A stretch of 48,060 nt of DNA. Origin: Ruminococcus sp. Its GTDB lineage: Bacteria; Bacillota; Clostridia; Oscillospirales; Ruminococcaceae. The position numbers and the translations under genes are program-made. The notes under the pieces were generated by a model that had not been told where the DNA came from, made no database searches, and was given only the letters and a program-made list of their open reading frames with translations. The stretch's first letter is position 1, and each line of letters starts with the position of its first letter. The DNA lies in assembly GCA_014799675.1 (NCBI GenBank), contig JAAVHM010000014.1:3836-51895 (forward strand), written 5' to 3'. Positions 32,590 to 42,044 of the stretch are shown piece after piece.

Positions 32590-33960
32590 TTAAATTAACC
32601 CTTTTTTAACAAGCGCATTAATTGTCTTTTTGTCAATATCATATTGACTTTCAATAACGCCGTCATCATTTCTTTCAAAACGTTTCGCACTAACAATCAT
32701 ATTGTTTTCATAAATATATTTCGTAGAAATGTACATCTGTGGATTCATACCACCGTCAAATAATTCATCAAATTTATCATCATTAGGAAACAACCTATAT
32801 GTATCATCACCTATATCACAGTCAAAGCTGTATGATTCTGCACCAACGCTTTCCAATAACTTTCCGTCAATATAATGGTAATCTTCCATAACGTAAAGTT
32901 TATGTTCATCATACTTAATAAATGACATCAGCTTTCCATTTTTATCATATGAATTTTCTTCGGTAAACATATAAACAAATACTCCGTTTTTTTCCTGACG
33001 ATATTCCGAAAAAACCATTTTATTGTTTTCTCTAAAATATACTCTGCATGAAAAAGGCGGTTTTTGACTGCCATCCAAATAATGTTCGGCATAAATTGGA
33101 TAGTTTTCGTCATCAAGATAATACTTTATAAAATCATCTTTACACTCATCTGCACTTTTCTTCTGAATACCAGTATCAAATTTTCCGGTTTCAAATATGG
33201 GATTTAACCTATAAAAATGTATATCATTGCAGCCTTTTTTATAAAAAACTTCATGACATTTCTCTTTTGCTTCATCAGATATACCTACATACTTGGCATA
33301 TTTTTTTGACATTTCAAAACAATAACCCTTAATTTCCAAAAGCCTGCTGTCTGAGACAAATTTTTCGGCAGAATTGCACTCTTCAAAAAAATCGCACTTA
33401 TTTTCATTTGCTTCGCCATAACTGTAGCCAACAATAAATTTACTTATAATTTTTGAAGCTTCTTTGTCAAAATCCAGAAAACTATGATAGATGTAATTAT
33501 TATTTTTATATTCGTTTATCGTTCTTTCAACAAGTTCTAACAGTATCTCTGTCTGTTCCTCAAGAAAATATGGCTTAAAAATGTTACAGCACGTTCTTAT
33601 ATATTTTTTGGCAAAAGCAGTACTGTTTTCATCTTCCTCATTGCTGCTTTCTACAAATTCATTGTCGGAAAGGAATTCCACAAGCTGACGAAATACAGCA
33701 TTTTCAAAGCTGTCAGCGTAATATTCAGGTTCATCATCATCGTGATAGTATAAAAATATTTTTTCACTGTCATTATCCGCAACCCAAACATCGCCTCCAC
33801 CCGTTACTGCAAAAGGAATTGCATCTTCTGGAATAAAATCAAAAAAAATATTTGATTTTTTCTCACTTATCCATTCCATATCCCTAATCCAAATGTAATT
33901 ATTGCTTGAAGTATCAAAATATCCTGCATTTACCATATCAGTATAACATTTATTTTTCAT
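32590..33960 (-). CDS. AT-rich hypothetical protein with N-terminal SUKH/SMI1-KNR4-like (immunity-type) domain
   Basis: 456 aa. IPEDAIPFAVTGGGDVWVADNDSEKIFLYYHDDDEPEYYADSFENAVFRQLVEFL fits the SUKH C-terminal half pattern (IPFA-x-GGGD ... SFxxF). The gene is visibly far more AT-rich than its flanks (not computed). Confidence 0.5.
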   Translation of the reverse strand: MKNKCYTDMVNAGYFDTSSNNYIWIRDMEWISEKKSNIFFDFIPEDAIPFAVTGGGDVWVADNDSEKIFLYYHDDDEPEYYADSFENAVFRQLVEFLSDNEFVESSNEEDENSTAFAKKYIRTCCNIFKPYFLEEQTEILLELVERTINEYKNNNYIYHSFLDFDKEASKIISKFIVGYSYGEANENKCDFFEECNSAEKFVSDSRLLEIKGYCFEMSKKYAKYVGISDEAKEKCHEVFYKKGCNDIHFYRLNPIFETGKFDTGIQKKSADECKDDFIKYYLDDENYPIYAEHYLDGSQKPPFSCRVYFRENNKMVFSEYRQEKNGVFVYMFTEENSYDKNGKLMSFIKYDEHKLYVMEDYHYIDGKLLESVGAESYSFDCDIGDDTYRLFPNDDKFDELFDGGMNPQMYISTKYIYENNMIVSAKRFERNDDGVIESQYDIDKKTINALVKKGLI

Positions 33961-34131
33961 AAATACTATCCTTTCATTTTTTACATATTTGTAAAAAATA
34001 CTCAGCAGTCAACACAACAATTCTATCTATAGCTTTTTATCATTACATAAAATTATGGTTAATAATCCTAATATCTAACTTGCAAAGATACGAGATAAAA
34101 CAAGAATACCACCAATTTCGCTGCTGTAATT

Positions 34132-34578
34132 TTATTCTCCCTTAAGCTCGGAAATAACGTTTATAAAGCTTTCAACATCGCTGAAATCCTTATACACCGA
34201 GGCGAAGCGCACGTACGCCACCTGGTCTATCTCCTTTAAATTCTGCAAAACTATATCCCCTATCTCGCTGTAGGTTATCTGATTTTCCATGCTGTTTGCA
34301 AAGTAGCTTTCAACGCTTTCCACTATCCTGTCTATGTCCTCAACAGAAACAGGACGCTTTTTCACCGCCGTTGAAAGACCCTTTATAAGCTTGTTCCTGT
34401 CGAATATCTCAATGGAATTGTCCCTTTTCAGCACAAGCTGGACGGGCATTTCCACCGCCTCGTATGTAGTGAACCTTTTTCCGCAGCGGACGCACTCTCT
34501 GCGGCGGCGTTTTTTTCCGTCCACGGGACGGGAATCCACTACCTTTGTATCCTCAAAGCCGCAAAACGGACATTTCAT
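34132..34578 (-). CDS. nrdR: transcriptional repressor NrdR
   Basis: 148 aa. MKCPFCG...CVRCGKRFTT zinc ribbon plus an ATP-cone. GGAGGGA RBS. Confidence 0.93.
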   Translation of the reverse strand: MKCPFCGFEDTKVVDSRPVDGKKRRRRECVRCGKRFTTYEAVEMPVQLVLKRDNSIEIFDRNKLIKGLSTAVKKRPVSVEDIDRIVESVESYFANSMENQITYSEIGDIVLQNLKEIDQVAYVRFASVYKDFSDVESFINVISELKGE

Positions 34579-34591
34579 AAACAGAATCCCT

Positions 34592-34640
34592 CCAAGATGC
34601 CAGAGGCAAGATGCAAGAACAGAGATATTTTCCCTGTTCT
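34592..34640. repeat. partial WAGARGC heptad element in the nrdR 5' leader
   Basis: Reads CAAGATG CCAGAGG CAAGATG CAAGAAC AGAGATATTTTCCCTGTTC. The last part resembles the core of the 4982/37041 repeat and forms a GAACAG...CTGTTC hairpin. Confidence 0.55.
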
Positions 34641-34649
34641 TTATTTATT

Positions 34650-34678
34650 ATTATACATTTTTTGCGGCGGTTTGTCAA
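34650..34678 (-). promoter_or_regulatory. promoter of nrdR
   Basis: Minus strand has TTGACA (34673-34678, overlapping the upstream stop codon), a 17-nt spacer, then TATAAT (34650-34655). Confidence 0.7.
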
Positions 34679-35373
34679 GAATTTTTATCCTTTTTATGTC
34701 TTTTCTTGTAAAAATAATAAACCAAAGCCGAACCTACGGCAAACACTACCTCCACCACCGCGGCTATCCAGAACGCGGGAGAGGTGGGGTGTTCAACGTT
34801 TGCGCCCATTAAAGTAGTTGTGACAAGTCCGGGGAAAATGCCCAAAAACGACCCTGCAAGGTACTTTGCGGGGGAAAAGTCCGTCGAGCCCAAAAACAAG
34901 CTCACCACATCGCAGGGGAGGATATTTATTACCCTCAAAAAATATGCGATAAAAAATTCGTTGTCCGACTTGAATTCACGGAGCTTGTCCGCGTTTTTCT
35001 GCTTGCTGATTATCTTTTCCACAAATTCTCTTTCGGCAAATCTGCCTATCAGATACGGCAGCGTTATCATGACCAGTACCCCTATGCAGTTCACAAGCAG
35101 GGCGGCAAAATAGCTTGGAAAAATGCTTCCCGACGCCGCCACAAGTATAAGCATGGGGAAAAACATTGACAGGGATTTCATGCCGAAAAGACCTATCATC
35201 ACCAATGCCGCAAGCCAGAGGTTGTCGGGGGTGAATTCAAGTATATGCCCGATAGTCACCCCTCTGAAAAATCTGAAATAAATAAATACGCAGACAATTA
35301 TCATTATCACGGGCGCAGCCTGCATAAGCTTCTTTATCGCCGCAGTGCCTTTGAGCTTCCGCACAAAATTCAT
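34675..35373 (-). CDS. TVP38/TMEM64 (DedA-related, VTT domain) membrane protein
   Basis: 232 aa, polytopic, with a basic C-terminal tail. Family call is by overall pattern. Confidence 0.65.
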   Translation of the reverse strand: MNFVRKLKGTAAIKKLMQAAPVIMIIVCVFIYFRFFRGVTIGHILEFTPDNLWLAALVMIGLFGMKSLSMFFPMLILVAASGSIFPSYFAALLVNCIGVLVMITLPYLIGRFAEREFVEKIISKQKNADKLREFKSDNEFFIAYFLRVINILPCDVVSLFLGSTDFSPAKYLAGSFLGIFPGLVTTTLMGANVEHPTSPAFWIAAVVEVVFAVGSALVYYFYKKRHKKDKNS

Positions 35374-35395
35374 CTCCTTTGTCAGCGAATAGAAA

Positions 35396-36964
35396 TCACA
35401 TTAACGGTGCGATTATTCTTAAAATATGTCCCGCTATCCTCTTGAAAACATTGTATTTTTTGCAGTCCTCGACTGTTATTTGAACGCACTTTTCAAGGGT
35501 TTTACGGACGTCGTCCTCAACCTGTCTTACAACGGAATTCATATAGAAATAGCAGGCGCACTCAAAATGCAGGAACAAGCTCCTGTAATCGAGGTTTATA
35601 CTTCCCACAACAGCCCGTATGCCGTCGCTTACAAAGCATTTAGCGTGAACAAAGCCGGGGGTGTACTCATAAATTTTTACCCCTGCCGAAATAAGCTCCT
35701 TGTAGTAAGACCTTGCAAGGATATAGGCGTACTGCTTGTCGGGAATGTGTGGCATGATTATGATTACCTCCACGCCCCGCTTTGCGGCATAGGTCAGCGC
35801 GCTTGTCATCTCGTTGTCGAGAATAAGGTAAGGCGTCATTATGTGGACGTACTTCTCCGCGCGGTTCAGTATGTCAAGATAGACGTTCTGACCCACGTTC
35901 TCGTTGTCAAGGGGACTGTCCCCGTAAGGCATTACAAAGCCGCCTGTGGGGAGGTTTTTCTCGGCAATTTCGGGGAAATCCGTCTTTATGAATTTTTCGT
36001 ACTTGTCCTCACAGCCGTATTCCGTAATATTCCAGTTTTGCAGGAACATCATTGTAAAGCCCGCAACAGCCTCGCCCTTTATCATAACGGCGGTGTCCTT
36101 CCAATGCCCGAACCTGCTGCACTTGTTTATATATTCGTCCGCAAGGTTCACTCCGCCCGTGAAAGCGGTGTGACCGTCCACAACCAAAATTTTCCTGTGG
36201 TCGCGGTTGTTCTGCACCGTGGACAAAACAGGCTTTATTGGGGAAAACATCTTGCACTTTACTCCCTGTGCAATAAGCTTTTTGGGGTAACTGTACGGCA
36301 CAAGCACAAGGCTGCACATTCCGTCGTACATAAAGCGGACGTCCACGCCCTCCCCCGCCTTGCGGATAAGAATTTCAAGTATAGTATCCCACATTTCGCC
36401 CCGTTCAACAATAAAATATTCCATGAAAATAAATTCCTTGGCATTTTCAAGCTCCCGAACCATTGACTCGAAAGCGTCCTCGCCGAGAGGGTAATATTCG
36501 GCGTAGGTATTTTTCCAGACGGGATAGCCTGCGTACTTCCGCATATACACGGCAAGGTTTTTCTCCCTTGTGCTTATTTCGGAAAGCTCCTCTAAAGTCT
36601 TTTCGTCCTGCTCGATAAAGGGTGATGTTTCGCCGATAAGCTTAAGTATACGCTTGTTCATGACGTGAGTTCCCCACTCCATTTTTACGAAAACGTACAA
36701 TATCGTGCCGAACACGGGTATAAGCGTAACGGGGATTATCCACGCAAGCTTGTAGTAGGGGTTTGTGTTGTCGTTTATTATCCATATGATAACAATTGCC
36801 GAAAGCACCGCCGAGGCTATGCTGAAATACACAAAATTATCATAGAAAAAGCTTAAAGCCGAAACGAGAAAAAACACCTGCAATGCAAGCCCCAGCACCA
36901 CTACCATGGTTCTGCCGAAAATTATTCTCACAAGGCTTTTCAGCTTTCTTTTCCATTCTTTCAT
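35396..36964 (-). CDS. cls: cardiolipin synthase
   Basis: 522 aa. Two N-terminal TM segments and two HKD motifs (DHRKILVVDG...GGVNL and VHAKCFVSDG...GSINLD). Confidence 0.9.
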   Translation of the reverse strand: MKEWKRKLKSLVRIIFGRTMVVVLGLALQVFFLVSALSFFYDNFVYFSIASAVLSAIVIIWIINDNTNPYYKLAWIIPVTLIPVFGTILYVFVKMEWGTHVMNKRILKLIGETSPFIEQDEKTLEELSEISTREKNLAVYMRKYAGYPVWKNTYAEYYPLGEDAFESMVRELENAKEFIFMEYFIVERGEMWDTILEILIRKAGEGVDVRFMYDGMCSLVLVPYSYPKKLIAQGVKCKMFSPIKPVLSTVQNNRDHRKILVVDGHTAFTGGVNLADEYINKCSRFGHWKDTAVMIKGEAVAGFTMMFLQNWNITEYGCEDKYEKFIKTDFPEIAEKNLPTGGFVMPYGDSPLDNENVGQNVYLDILNRAEKYVHIMTPYLILDNEMTSALTYAAKRGVEVIIIMPHIPDKQYAYILARSYYKELISAGVKIYEYTPGFVHAKCFVSDGIRAVVGSINLDYRSLFLHFECACYFYMNSVVRQVEDDVRKTLEKCVQITVEDCKKYNVFKRIAGHILRIIAPLM

Positions 36965-37040
36965 TTATGAAAACTTTCCTTTCTTTTTCAAACGATAAGA
37001 ATATTTTAACTCTTATGACGAATATTGTCAAGATAATTTA

Positions 37041-37155
37041 GATAAATTTTCATTTACTAAAGGCAAGAGGCAAGAGACTGGAAGCCGGAAGACGTTTCCG
37101 CAGCAATATTTCCCCCTGTTAATTCCAGCCTCTAGCCTCTGCCCTCTGGCTTCTG
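37041..37155. repeat. dispersed about 120-bp palindromic repeat with WAGARGC heptad arms (copy 2, inverted relative to copy 1)
   Basis: Reads GATAAATTTTCATTTA...GGCAAGAGGCAAGAGACTGGAAGCCGGAAGACGTTTCCGCAGCAATATTTCCCCCTGTTAATTCCAGCCTCTAGCCTCTGCCCTCTGGCTTCTG. It aligns along its length to the reverse complement of 4982-5108 (identity not computed). Confidence 0.8.
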
Positions 37156-37189
37156 ATTGTGATAGGTTAATGAAACATTGAAAAATTAC

Positions 37190-37218
37190 TTGTTATTTGG
37201 ATAATTTTATGGTATAAT
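37190..37218 (+). promoter_or_regulatory. promoter of the Zn-ribbon/DUF2628 gene
   Basis: TTGTTA (37190-37195), a 17-nt spacer ending in TGG, then TATAAT (37213-37218). Confidence 0.6.
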
Positions 37219-37284
37219 ACAAGTACATATATACAGCGTTTTAATAAGCACCGCTGTTGTTTTTATTACGGAGGTTTAACCAAA

Positions 37285-38301
37285 ATGGCAGGTTATATTG
37301 GCACAAGATGTATGGTTTGCAGCGAAAAATTTACAGAGGAAGACGATATCGTAGTCTGCCCCGAATGCGGTACTCCATACCATAAGGAATGTTACAAAAA
37401 AGAGGAAAAATGCGTGAACACCGTCCTGCACGAAAACGGCGGCTCATGGAAGCCCTCATACGATACGGGAAGCGACAGCTCACAGACGGAAAGCGTTGTC
37501 TGCCGCTTCTGCGGGTACTCAAATCCGCCCCTTACCCTTTTTTGCCGCAAATGCGGTATGCCCGCACAGAGCTTGCAGGACATTAACGCCGAAAATATCA
37601 GGAACGAACAGCGCTATGGCGGCGTAAACATCAACAGCGACCCGGGCGCCTACAACGGCAACGCGGGAAGCGGTATGCCCTTTAATCCGTTTTTGATAAA
37701 TTTTTCCGACCCGCTTTGCGGCTTTAACCCAGACGAGGATTTCGACGGCGTCAAAATGTCCGAGCTGGGCGACTTTGTGGGGACGAACACCCATTACTAC
37801 CTACCCATATTCAAACGCTTCAAGGAAAGCGGCAGGCTGCTGACGTGGAACTTCAGCGCAATGCTTGTCCCCGAGCTGTATTTTGCCTACAGAAAAATGC
37901 CGCTTTACGCCTTTGCCGCGCTTATCATGCGGTTTGTTTCGCTTATTCCGCAGCTTATAATGTTCTGCGCTCAAATGCCGCAGTACGGCAGGCTGTACGA
38001 ATTTGCGTCAAAATTTGACTTTACGGGGACTGCTTTCAGCGGCGTTCTTATGCTCTGCTCAATAATAGTGTACGCTTTGATGTTTACATCGGGACTTATG
38101 GGCAACAAGCTTTACTACAACCATACTCTGAAAAAGATCGGGAAAATAAAGTCCTGTTCGGATTCTGCAAACGATATTTATATCCTTAACCGCAAAGGCG
38201 GCACTTCGGGGGGACTTCTTGCGCTGTTTATCTGCCTTATGGCTATACCTTATATTTTATTGCTTTTTGCGGACTTTTTAGCAATATTTGGCAAGATATA
38301 A
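37285..38301 (+). CDS. double zinc-ribbon protein with C-terminal DUF2628-like membrane domain
   Basis: CMVCSEKF...CPECGTPYHKECY (PHD/RING-like spacing) and CRFCG...CRKCG. This is followed by WNFSAMLVPELYFAYRKMPLYAF and 3-4 TM segments. Confidence 0.6.
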   Translation: MAGYIGTRCMVCSEKFTEEDDIVVCPECGTPYHKECYKKEEKCVNTVLHENGGSWKPSYDTGSDSSQTESVVCRFCGYSNPPLTLFCRKCGMPAQSLQDINAENIRNEQRYGGVNINSDPGAYNGNAGSGMPFNPFLINFSDPLCGFNPDEDFDGVKMSELGDFVGTNTHYYLPIFKRFKESGRLLTWNFSAMLVPELYFAYRKMPLYAFAALIMRFVSLIPQLIMFCAQMPQYGRLYEFASKFDFTGTAFSGVLMLCSIIVYALMFTSGLMGNKLYYNHTLKKIGKIKSCSDSANDIYILNRKGGTSGGLLALFICLMAIPYILLLFADFLAIFGKI

Positions 38302-38341
38302 GCTTACCAAATATAAAAAATCTTCCGAAAGGGGTGCAGGA

Positions 38342-39211
38342 ATGAAGATCAGAAAGGCTGTCATAACCGCCGCGGGGTACGGCACAAGAATGCTTCCCGC
38401 AACAAAATCAATGCCCAAGGAAATGCTTCCCATTCTGGACAAGCCCGCCATTCAGTACATTGTTGAGGAATGCGTCTCGGCTGGAATTACCGACATACTT
38501 ATAATTTTATCAAGGGGCAAGCAGATCATTGAAGACCATTTCGACCGCTCCCCCGATTTGGAGCGTCAGCTCCGTAAAAGCGGCAAGGACGGGCTTTGCA
38601 AAAAAATAAAAAAAATTTCTTCCATGGCAAATATTGTATACGTCCGCCAAGCCGAGCAGCTTGGTCTGGGACACGCTGTCCTGTGCGCGAAAAGCTTTGC
38701 GGGGGGCGAACCCTTTGCGGTGCTTTACGGCGACGACGTTATTATCGGCGAAGACCCTGCGATCGCACAGCTTTGCAGAGCCTATGAAAAGTACGGAAAA
38801 GGCATTGTCGGCATAAAGGAAGTCTCCGCGGAGGAAGTTATGAAGTACGACTCAATGAAGCTTGAAGCCCTTGAGGACGGCTGCTTTGAGATAACGGACA
38901 TGATAGAAAAGCCCCTGCCCGAGCAGATATTTTCCCACTACTCCATTTTGGGAAGATGTATTCTTCCGCCCGAGATTTTCGATATTCTGGAGCAAACCCC
39001 TTACGGAAAGGGCGGCGAATTACAGCTTACCGACGCAATGAAAGCTCTTGCGAACCGTGAGACCATGATAGGAGTGGATTTCACGGGTACGCGCTACGAT
39101 ATGGGGAACAAGCTGAGCGCGCTTACGGCAAGCATTGAGGCGGGACTGAAAAATCCCGAAACTGCCGAGGGGCTTAAAGAGTACATCAAAAAGCTTGCCG
39201 AACAGTTATAA
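38342..39211 (+). CDS. galU: UTP--glucose-1-phosphate uridylyltransferase
   Basis: AAGYGTRMLPATKSMPKEMLPILDKPAIQYIVEE. I place the start at ATG 38342 after AAAGGGGTG; the ORF-track start at 38288 overlaps the upstream gene. Confidence 0.9.
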   Translation: MKIRKAVITAAGYGTRMLPATKSMPKEMLPILDKPAIQYIVEECVSAGITDILIILSRGKQIIEDHFDRSPDLERQLRKSGKDGLCKKIKKISSMANIVYVRQAEQLGLGHAVLCAKSFAGGEPFAVLYGDDVIIGEDPAIAQLCRAYEKYGKGIVGIKEVSAEEVMKYDSMKLEALEDGCFEITDMIEKPLPEQIFSHYSILGRCILPPEIFDILEQTPYGKGGELQLTDAMKALANRETMIGVDFTGTRYDMGNKLSALTASIEAGLKNPETAEGLKEYIKKLAEQL

Positions 39212-39225
39212 GGAGTTACAAAAAA

Positions 39226-39996
39226 ATGCCGATACTTACAGCAAAAAACATAACCTGCGGCTACGGCGGCGAGGACGTTATACGGGACGTTTCCTTTACC
39301 CTTGAAAGGGGCGAGATACTTTCCCTTGCGGGGGAAAACGGCTGCGGAAAGACCACCCTGCTTCGGGCTGTCTGCGGGCTTATCCCCGTAAAGTCGGGGG
39401 GGGCTTACATTGACGGAAAGCTTATTTCCGACATACCCTTAAAGGAGCGCGCCTGCCGAATTGCCCTGCTTTCCCAGACGGGAGCAGGGGGAGATTACTC
39501 CGAATACACGGTCATGGACACGGTTCTTATGGGACGATACGCGCGGCAAAAGGGAGGTATTTTTTCGGAAGCTTCCCCCGAGGACATTGCCGCCGCGGAA
39601 AAATACATAGCCGAAACAGGCTTGCAGGGGCTTGAAAACCGTCTTATCACCGAGCTTTCGGGGGGACAGTTACAGCGGGTCTTTCTTGCGAGAGCCTTTG
39701 CACAAGAGCCTGACGTTATTTTTCTTGACGAGCCTGCAAATCATCTTGATCTGAAACGGCAGACTGCGCTTGCGGAACATCTAAAAAAATGGGTCGCGGA
39801 GGGCAAGTCCGTGGTGGGAGTTTTCCATGATCTGGGATTTGCGGCGGCGGTCTCCGACAGGATAATGCTTATAAAGGACGGCAGAGCCGTGCTTTGCGGG
39901 GAGACAAAGGAAGTCCTCCGTTCGGAAGAGCTGAACGAGGTTTTCGGCACAGACGTAAGAGCCTACATGAAAAGTATTGCCGATATATGGAAATAA
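39226..39996 (+). CDS. ABC transporter ATP-binding protein (FepC/FecE-like), no cognate permease in window
   Basis: Walker A GENGCGKTT, signature LSGGQLQRV and Walker B VIFLDEP. Confidence 0.85.
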   Translation: MPILTAKNITCGYGGEDVIRDVSFTLERGEILSLAGENGCGKTTLLRAVCGLIPVKSGGAYIDGKLISDIPLKERACRIALLSQTGAGGDYSEYTVMDTVLMGRYARQKGGIFSEASPEDIAAAEKYIAETGLQGLENRLITELSGGQLQRVFLARAFAQEPDVIFLDEPANHLDLKRQTALAEHLKKWVAEGKSVVGVFHDLGFAAAVSDRIMLIKDGRAVLCGETKEVLRSEELNEVFGTDVRAYMKSIADIWK

Positions 39997-40082
39997 CAGT
40001 AAATTAAACCGTCGCTATAAACGCGGCGGGTAAAAAATTATTTTGTATCCGTATGCAAAATTTGTAAAAACGAGGTGCTTTT

Positions 40083-40880
40083 ATGTTTAAAAGGTTTTAC
40101 GCAGCAGCTGCTGCAATTATTGCAATGCTCACCGCGCCGCAGGGACAGCCTGCCGAGGACAGCTATAAAAATATCGAGATAGAGGGAAAAAATTACACGC
40201 TTTCATTCGAGGACAATTTTGAGGGGGAAGCTATTGACGAGACAAAGTGGGAGCAGTGTCCCGAGCAAAAGCGGCAGGATCTGAACAACTACTGGGACAA
40301 CAGTATGTCCTATCTTGACGGCGAGGGAAACCTTATCATCGGAATGTCCTACGACGAAAGCTCCGACCGTTTTTTAAGCGGCGGGGTGCGCTCAAAGGGC
40401 AGGTTTGAGCAGGCATACGGCTATTTTGAGATACGCTGCACGGTGAACACCGTCCCCGGCTACTGGACGGCTTTCTGGCTTATGGGCGACAGCGTTGTTG
40501 ACGAGACAAAGGGCGGAAAAAACGGCACGGAAATTGACATTATGGAGACGGCATATCTTGAAAAAGGAGAGGTTCAGAACACCCTTAACTGGGACGGCTA
40601 CGGTTCGGCTCACAAGTCCCTCGGCAACGTCAGCAAGGTCAATATTTACGACGGCGAGTACCACACTTTTGCCCTGCTGTGGACTAAAAACGAGTATGTT
40701 TTCTACACAGACGGCAAGGAGACATGGCGTACAAACGCATCTTCCGCGCTTGGTACGTGTGAAGTCCCGCTTTTTCTGAAAATAACCTCCGAGACAGGCT
40801 CATGGACAGGCACGCCCGACCCGAAAGCCCTCCCCGACTTTATGAAAATAGATTATGTAAGAGTTTACCAAGCGGATTAA
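40083..40880 (+). CDS. secreted glycoside hydrolase family 16 (beta-glucanase/laminarinase-like)
   Basis: Signal peptide, catalytic EIDIME motif and WTAFWLMG. Confidence 0.8.
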   Translation: MFKRFYAAAAAIIAMLTAPQGQPAEDSYKNIEIEGKNYTLSFEDNFEGEAIDETKWEQCPEQKRQDLNNYWDNSMSYLDGEGNLIIGMSYDESSDRFLSGGVRSKGRFEQAYGYFEIRCTVNTVPGYWTAFWLMGDSVVDETKGGKNGTEIDIMETAYLEKGEVQNTLNWDGYGSAHKSLGNVSKVNIYDGEYHTFALLWTKNEYVFYTDGKETWRTNASSALGTCEVPLFLKITSETGSWTGTPDPKALPDFMKIDYVRVYQAD

Positions 40881-40926
40881 AATTGCGGACTATGCGTTAC
40901 TTTTAAAAATATATGGGGGAATTAAA

Positions 40927-41883
40927 ATGTCAAAACACAAAATCATCGGCTTGGCTCTTTGCGGACTAATACTTACCTCCTGCGGAAACGGCGGAGAAAA
41001 TACTGCGGCGGAAATGGAAATTCCCGAGACTTCTGCGGCTTCCGAAAGCGTTTCGGAAACCACGGTATCGGAAACGGAAACAGAAACTAATACTGAAACA
41101 GAAACAGAAATTCCCAAAAGCTCGGAGACTGTTACAGAGGAAACGGAAAGCACAGAAAATTTTGACAAGGTAAAGGACAGGATAGTTTACGACGACGGGG
41201 AAAACTCTCTCACGGCGGGACAGTTTATTGACGCACTTGAAAGCTGCGAGGAATTTACTCGTCGGTTCGACTTTTTTCACGATTTTCAAATTATGGATAT
41301 GGACGAAAACGGTATACCTGAAATTATGATTTACTATTCTAATTTTATGTCGTATACAGGTTCAAGGCTTTACACAGTCACAAATGAGGGAAAAGCCAAG
41401 GCTGTGCCGATATTAAATCATGATATTTGCGATAGTTCCGATCACAGCGAATGTTATGACATGATTGGAGAAAATCCGGTTCCATACGAAAAGGACGGTA
41501 AAACCGTGTGGATAAGCCGTTTCAGCGGTTACGGCACAGGCGGCGGAGGAAGCGGAAACTATATACTGAAATACGACGGCAGTGGTATTGACGGCGAAAT
41601 TATTTGCGAATCACGATATGAAAAATGGGGAGCAAATAATGAAAACGGTGATTGGGAATGGTATCGGAATGATTATTACTATATTTTCGGCGAAGAAGTA
41701 ACAGGAGATGAGTTCGACCGCAGAGATAAGGAATATTTTGACAATCTGCAACCCTCGGACGAGCTGTATGTGCAGTCACCCATAGGCGGTTACGACGAAA
41801 ACAGAAATTTTTTAGGAAGTGAGTTCGGGGAAAATCTTTCTTATGTGCTGAACACCTATCTCGATATGCGGGACGGTACGTAA
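40927..41883 (+). CDS. lipoprotein with T/E-rich linker, unknown function
   Basis: Lipobox LILTSCG and an ETETETNTETETE linker. DMDENGIPEIMIYY is an FG-GAP-like motif. Confidence 0.6.
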   Translation: MSKHKIIGLALCGLILTSCGNGGENTAAEMEIPETSAASESVSETTVSETETETNTETETEIPKSSETVTEETESTENFDKVKDRIVYDDGENSLTAGQFIDALESCEEFTRRFDFFHDFQIMDMDENGIPEIMIYYSNFMSYTGSRLYTVTNEGKAKAVPILNHDICDSSDHSECYDMIGENPVPYEKDGKTVWISRFSGYGTGGGGSGNYILKYDGSGIDGEIICESRYEKWGANNENGDWEWYRNDYYYIFGEEVTGDEFDRRDKEYFDNLQPSDELYVQSPIGGYDENRNFLGSEFGENLSYVLNTYLDMRDGT

Positions 41884-41977
41884 AAAACATTATGATGTTC
41901 TTCAAATCAACTTATTACCTACATATTTACTATATTTTATGAAATTTTAAACATTTAAAATTTGGAACGGTTTGCTA

Positions 41978-42006
41978 TTGCATATTACACTAAAAAGGTA
42001 TATAAT
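41978..42006 (+). promoter_or_regulatory. promoter of nifS-iscU
   Basis: TTGCAT (41978-41983), a 17-nt spacer, then TATAAT (42001-42006). Confidence 0.6.
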
Positions 42007-42044
42007 AATAAAGTAGAAAAAAATTTCCGAAAAGAGTGATTTTT

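Noticed and set aside
28835-33960. Possible prophage around the tail-fibre-like gene
   Set aside because: No integrase, terminase, capsid, tape-measure, holin or lysin genes. The neighbours are an LRR lipoprotein, an immunity-like gene and nrdR. It is treated as an orphan gene instead.
35426-36466. 346-aa plus-strand ORF
   Set aside because: Antisense to cardiolipin synthase, which has two intact HKD motifs. Shadow ORF.
37233-37266. Hairpin plus U-run in the leader of the Zn-ribbon gene as a riboswitch/attenuator
   Set aside because: It has only a 6-bp stem with a 13-nt loop and no recognisable riboswitch aptamer sequence upstream. Too weak to call as a feature.
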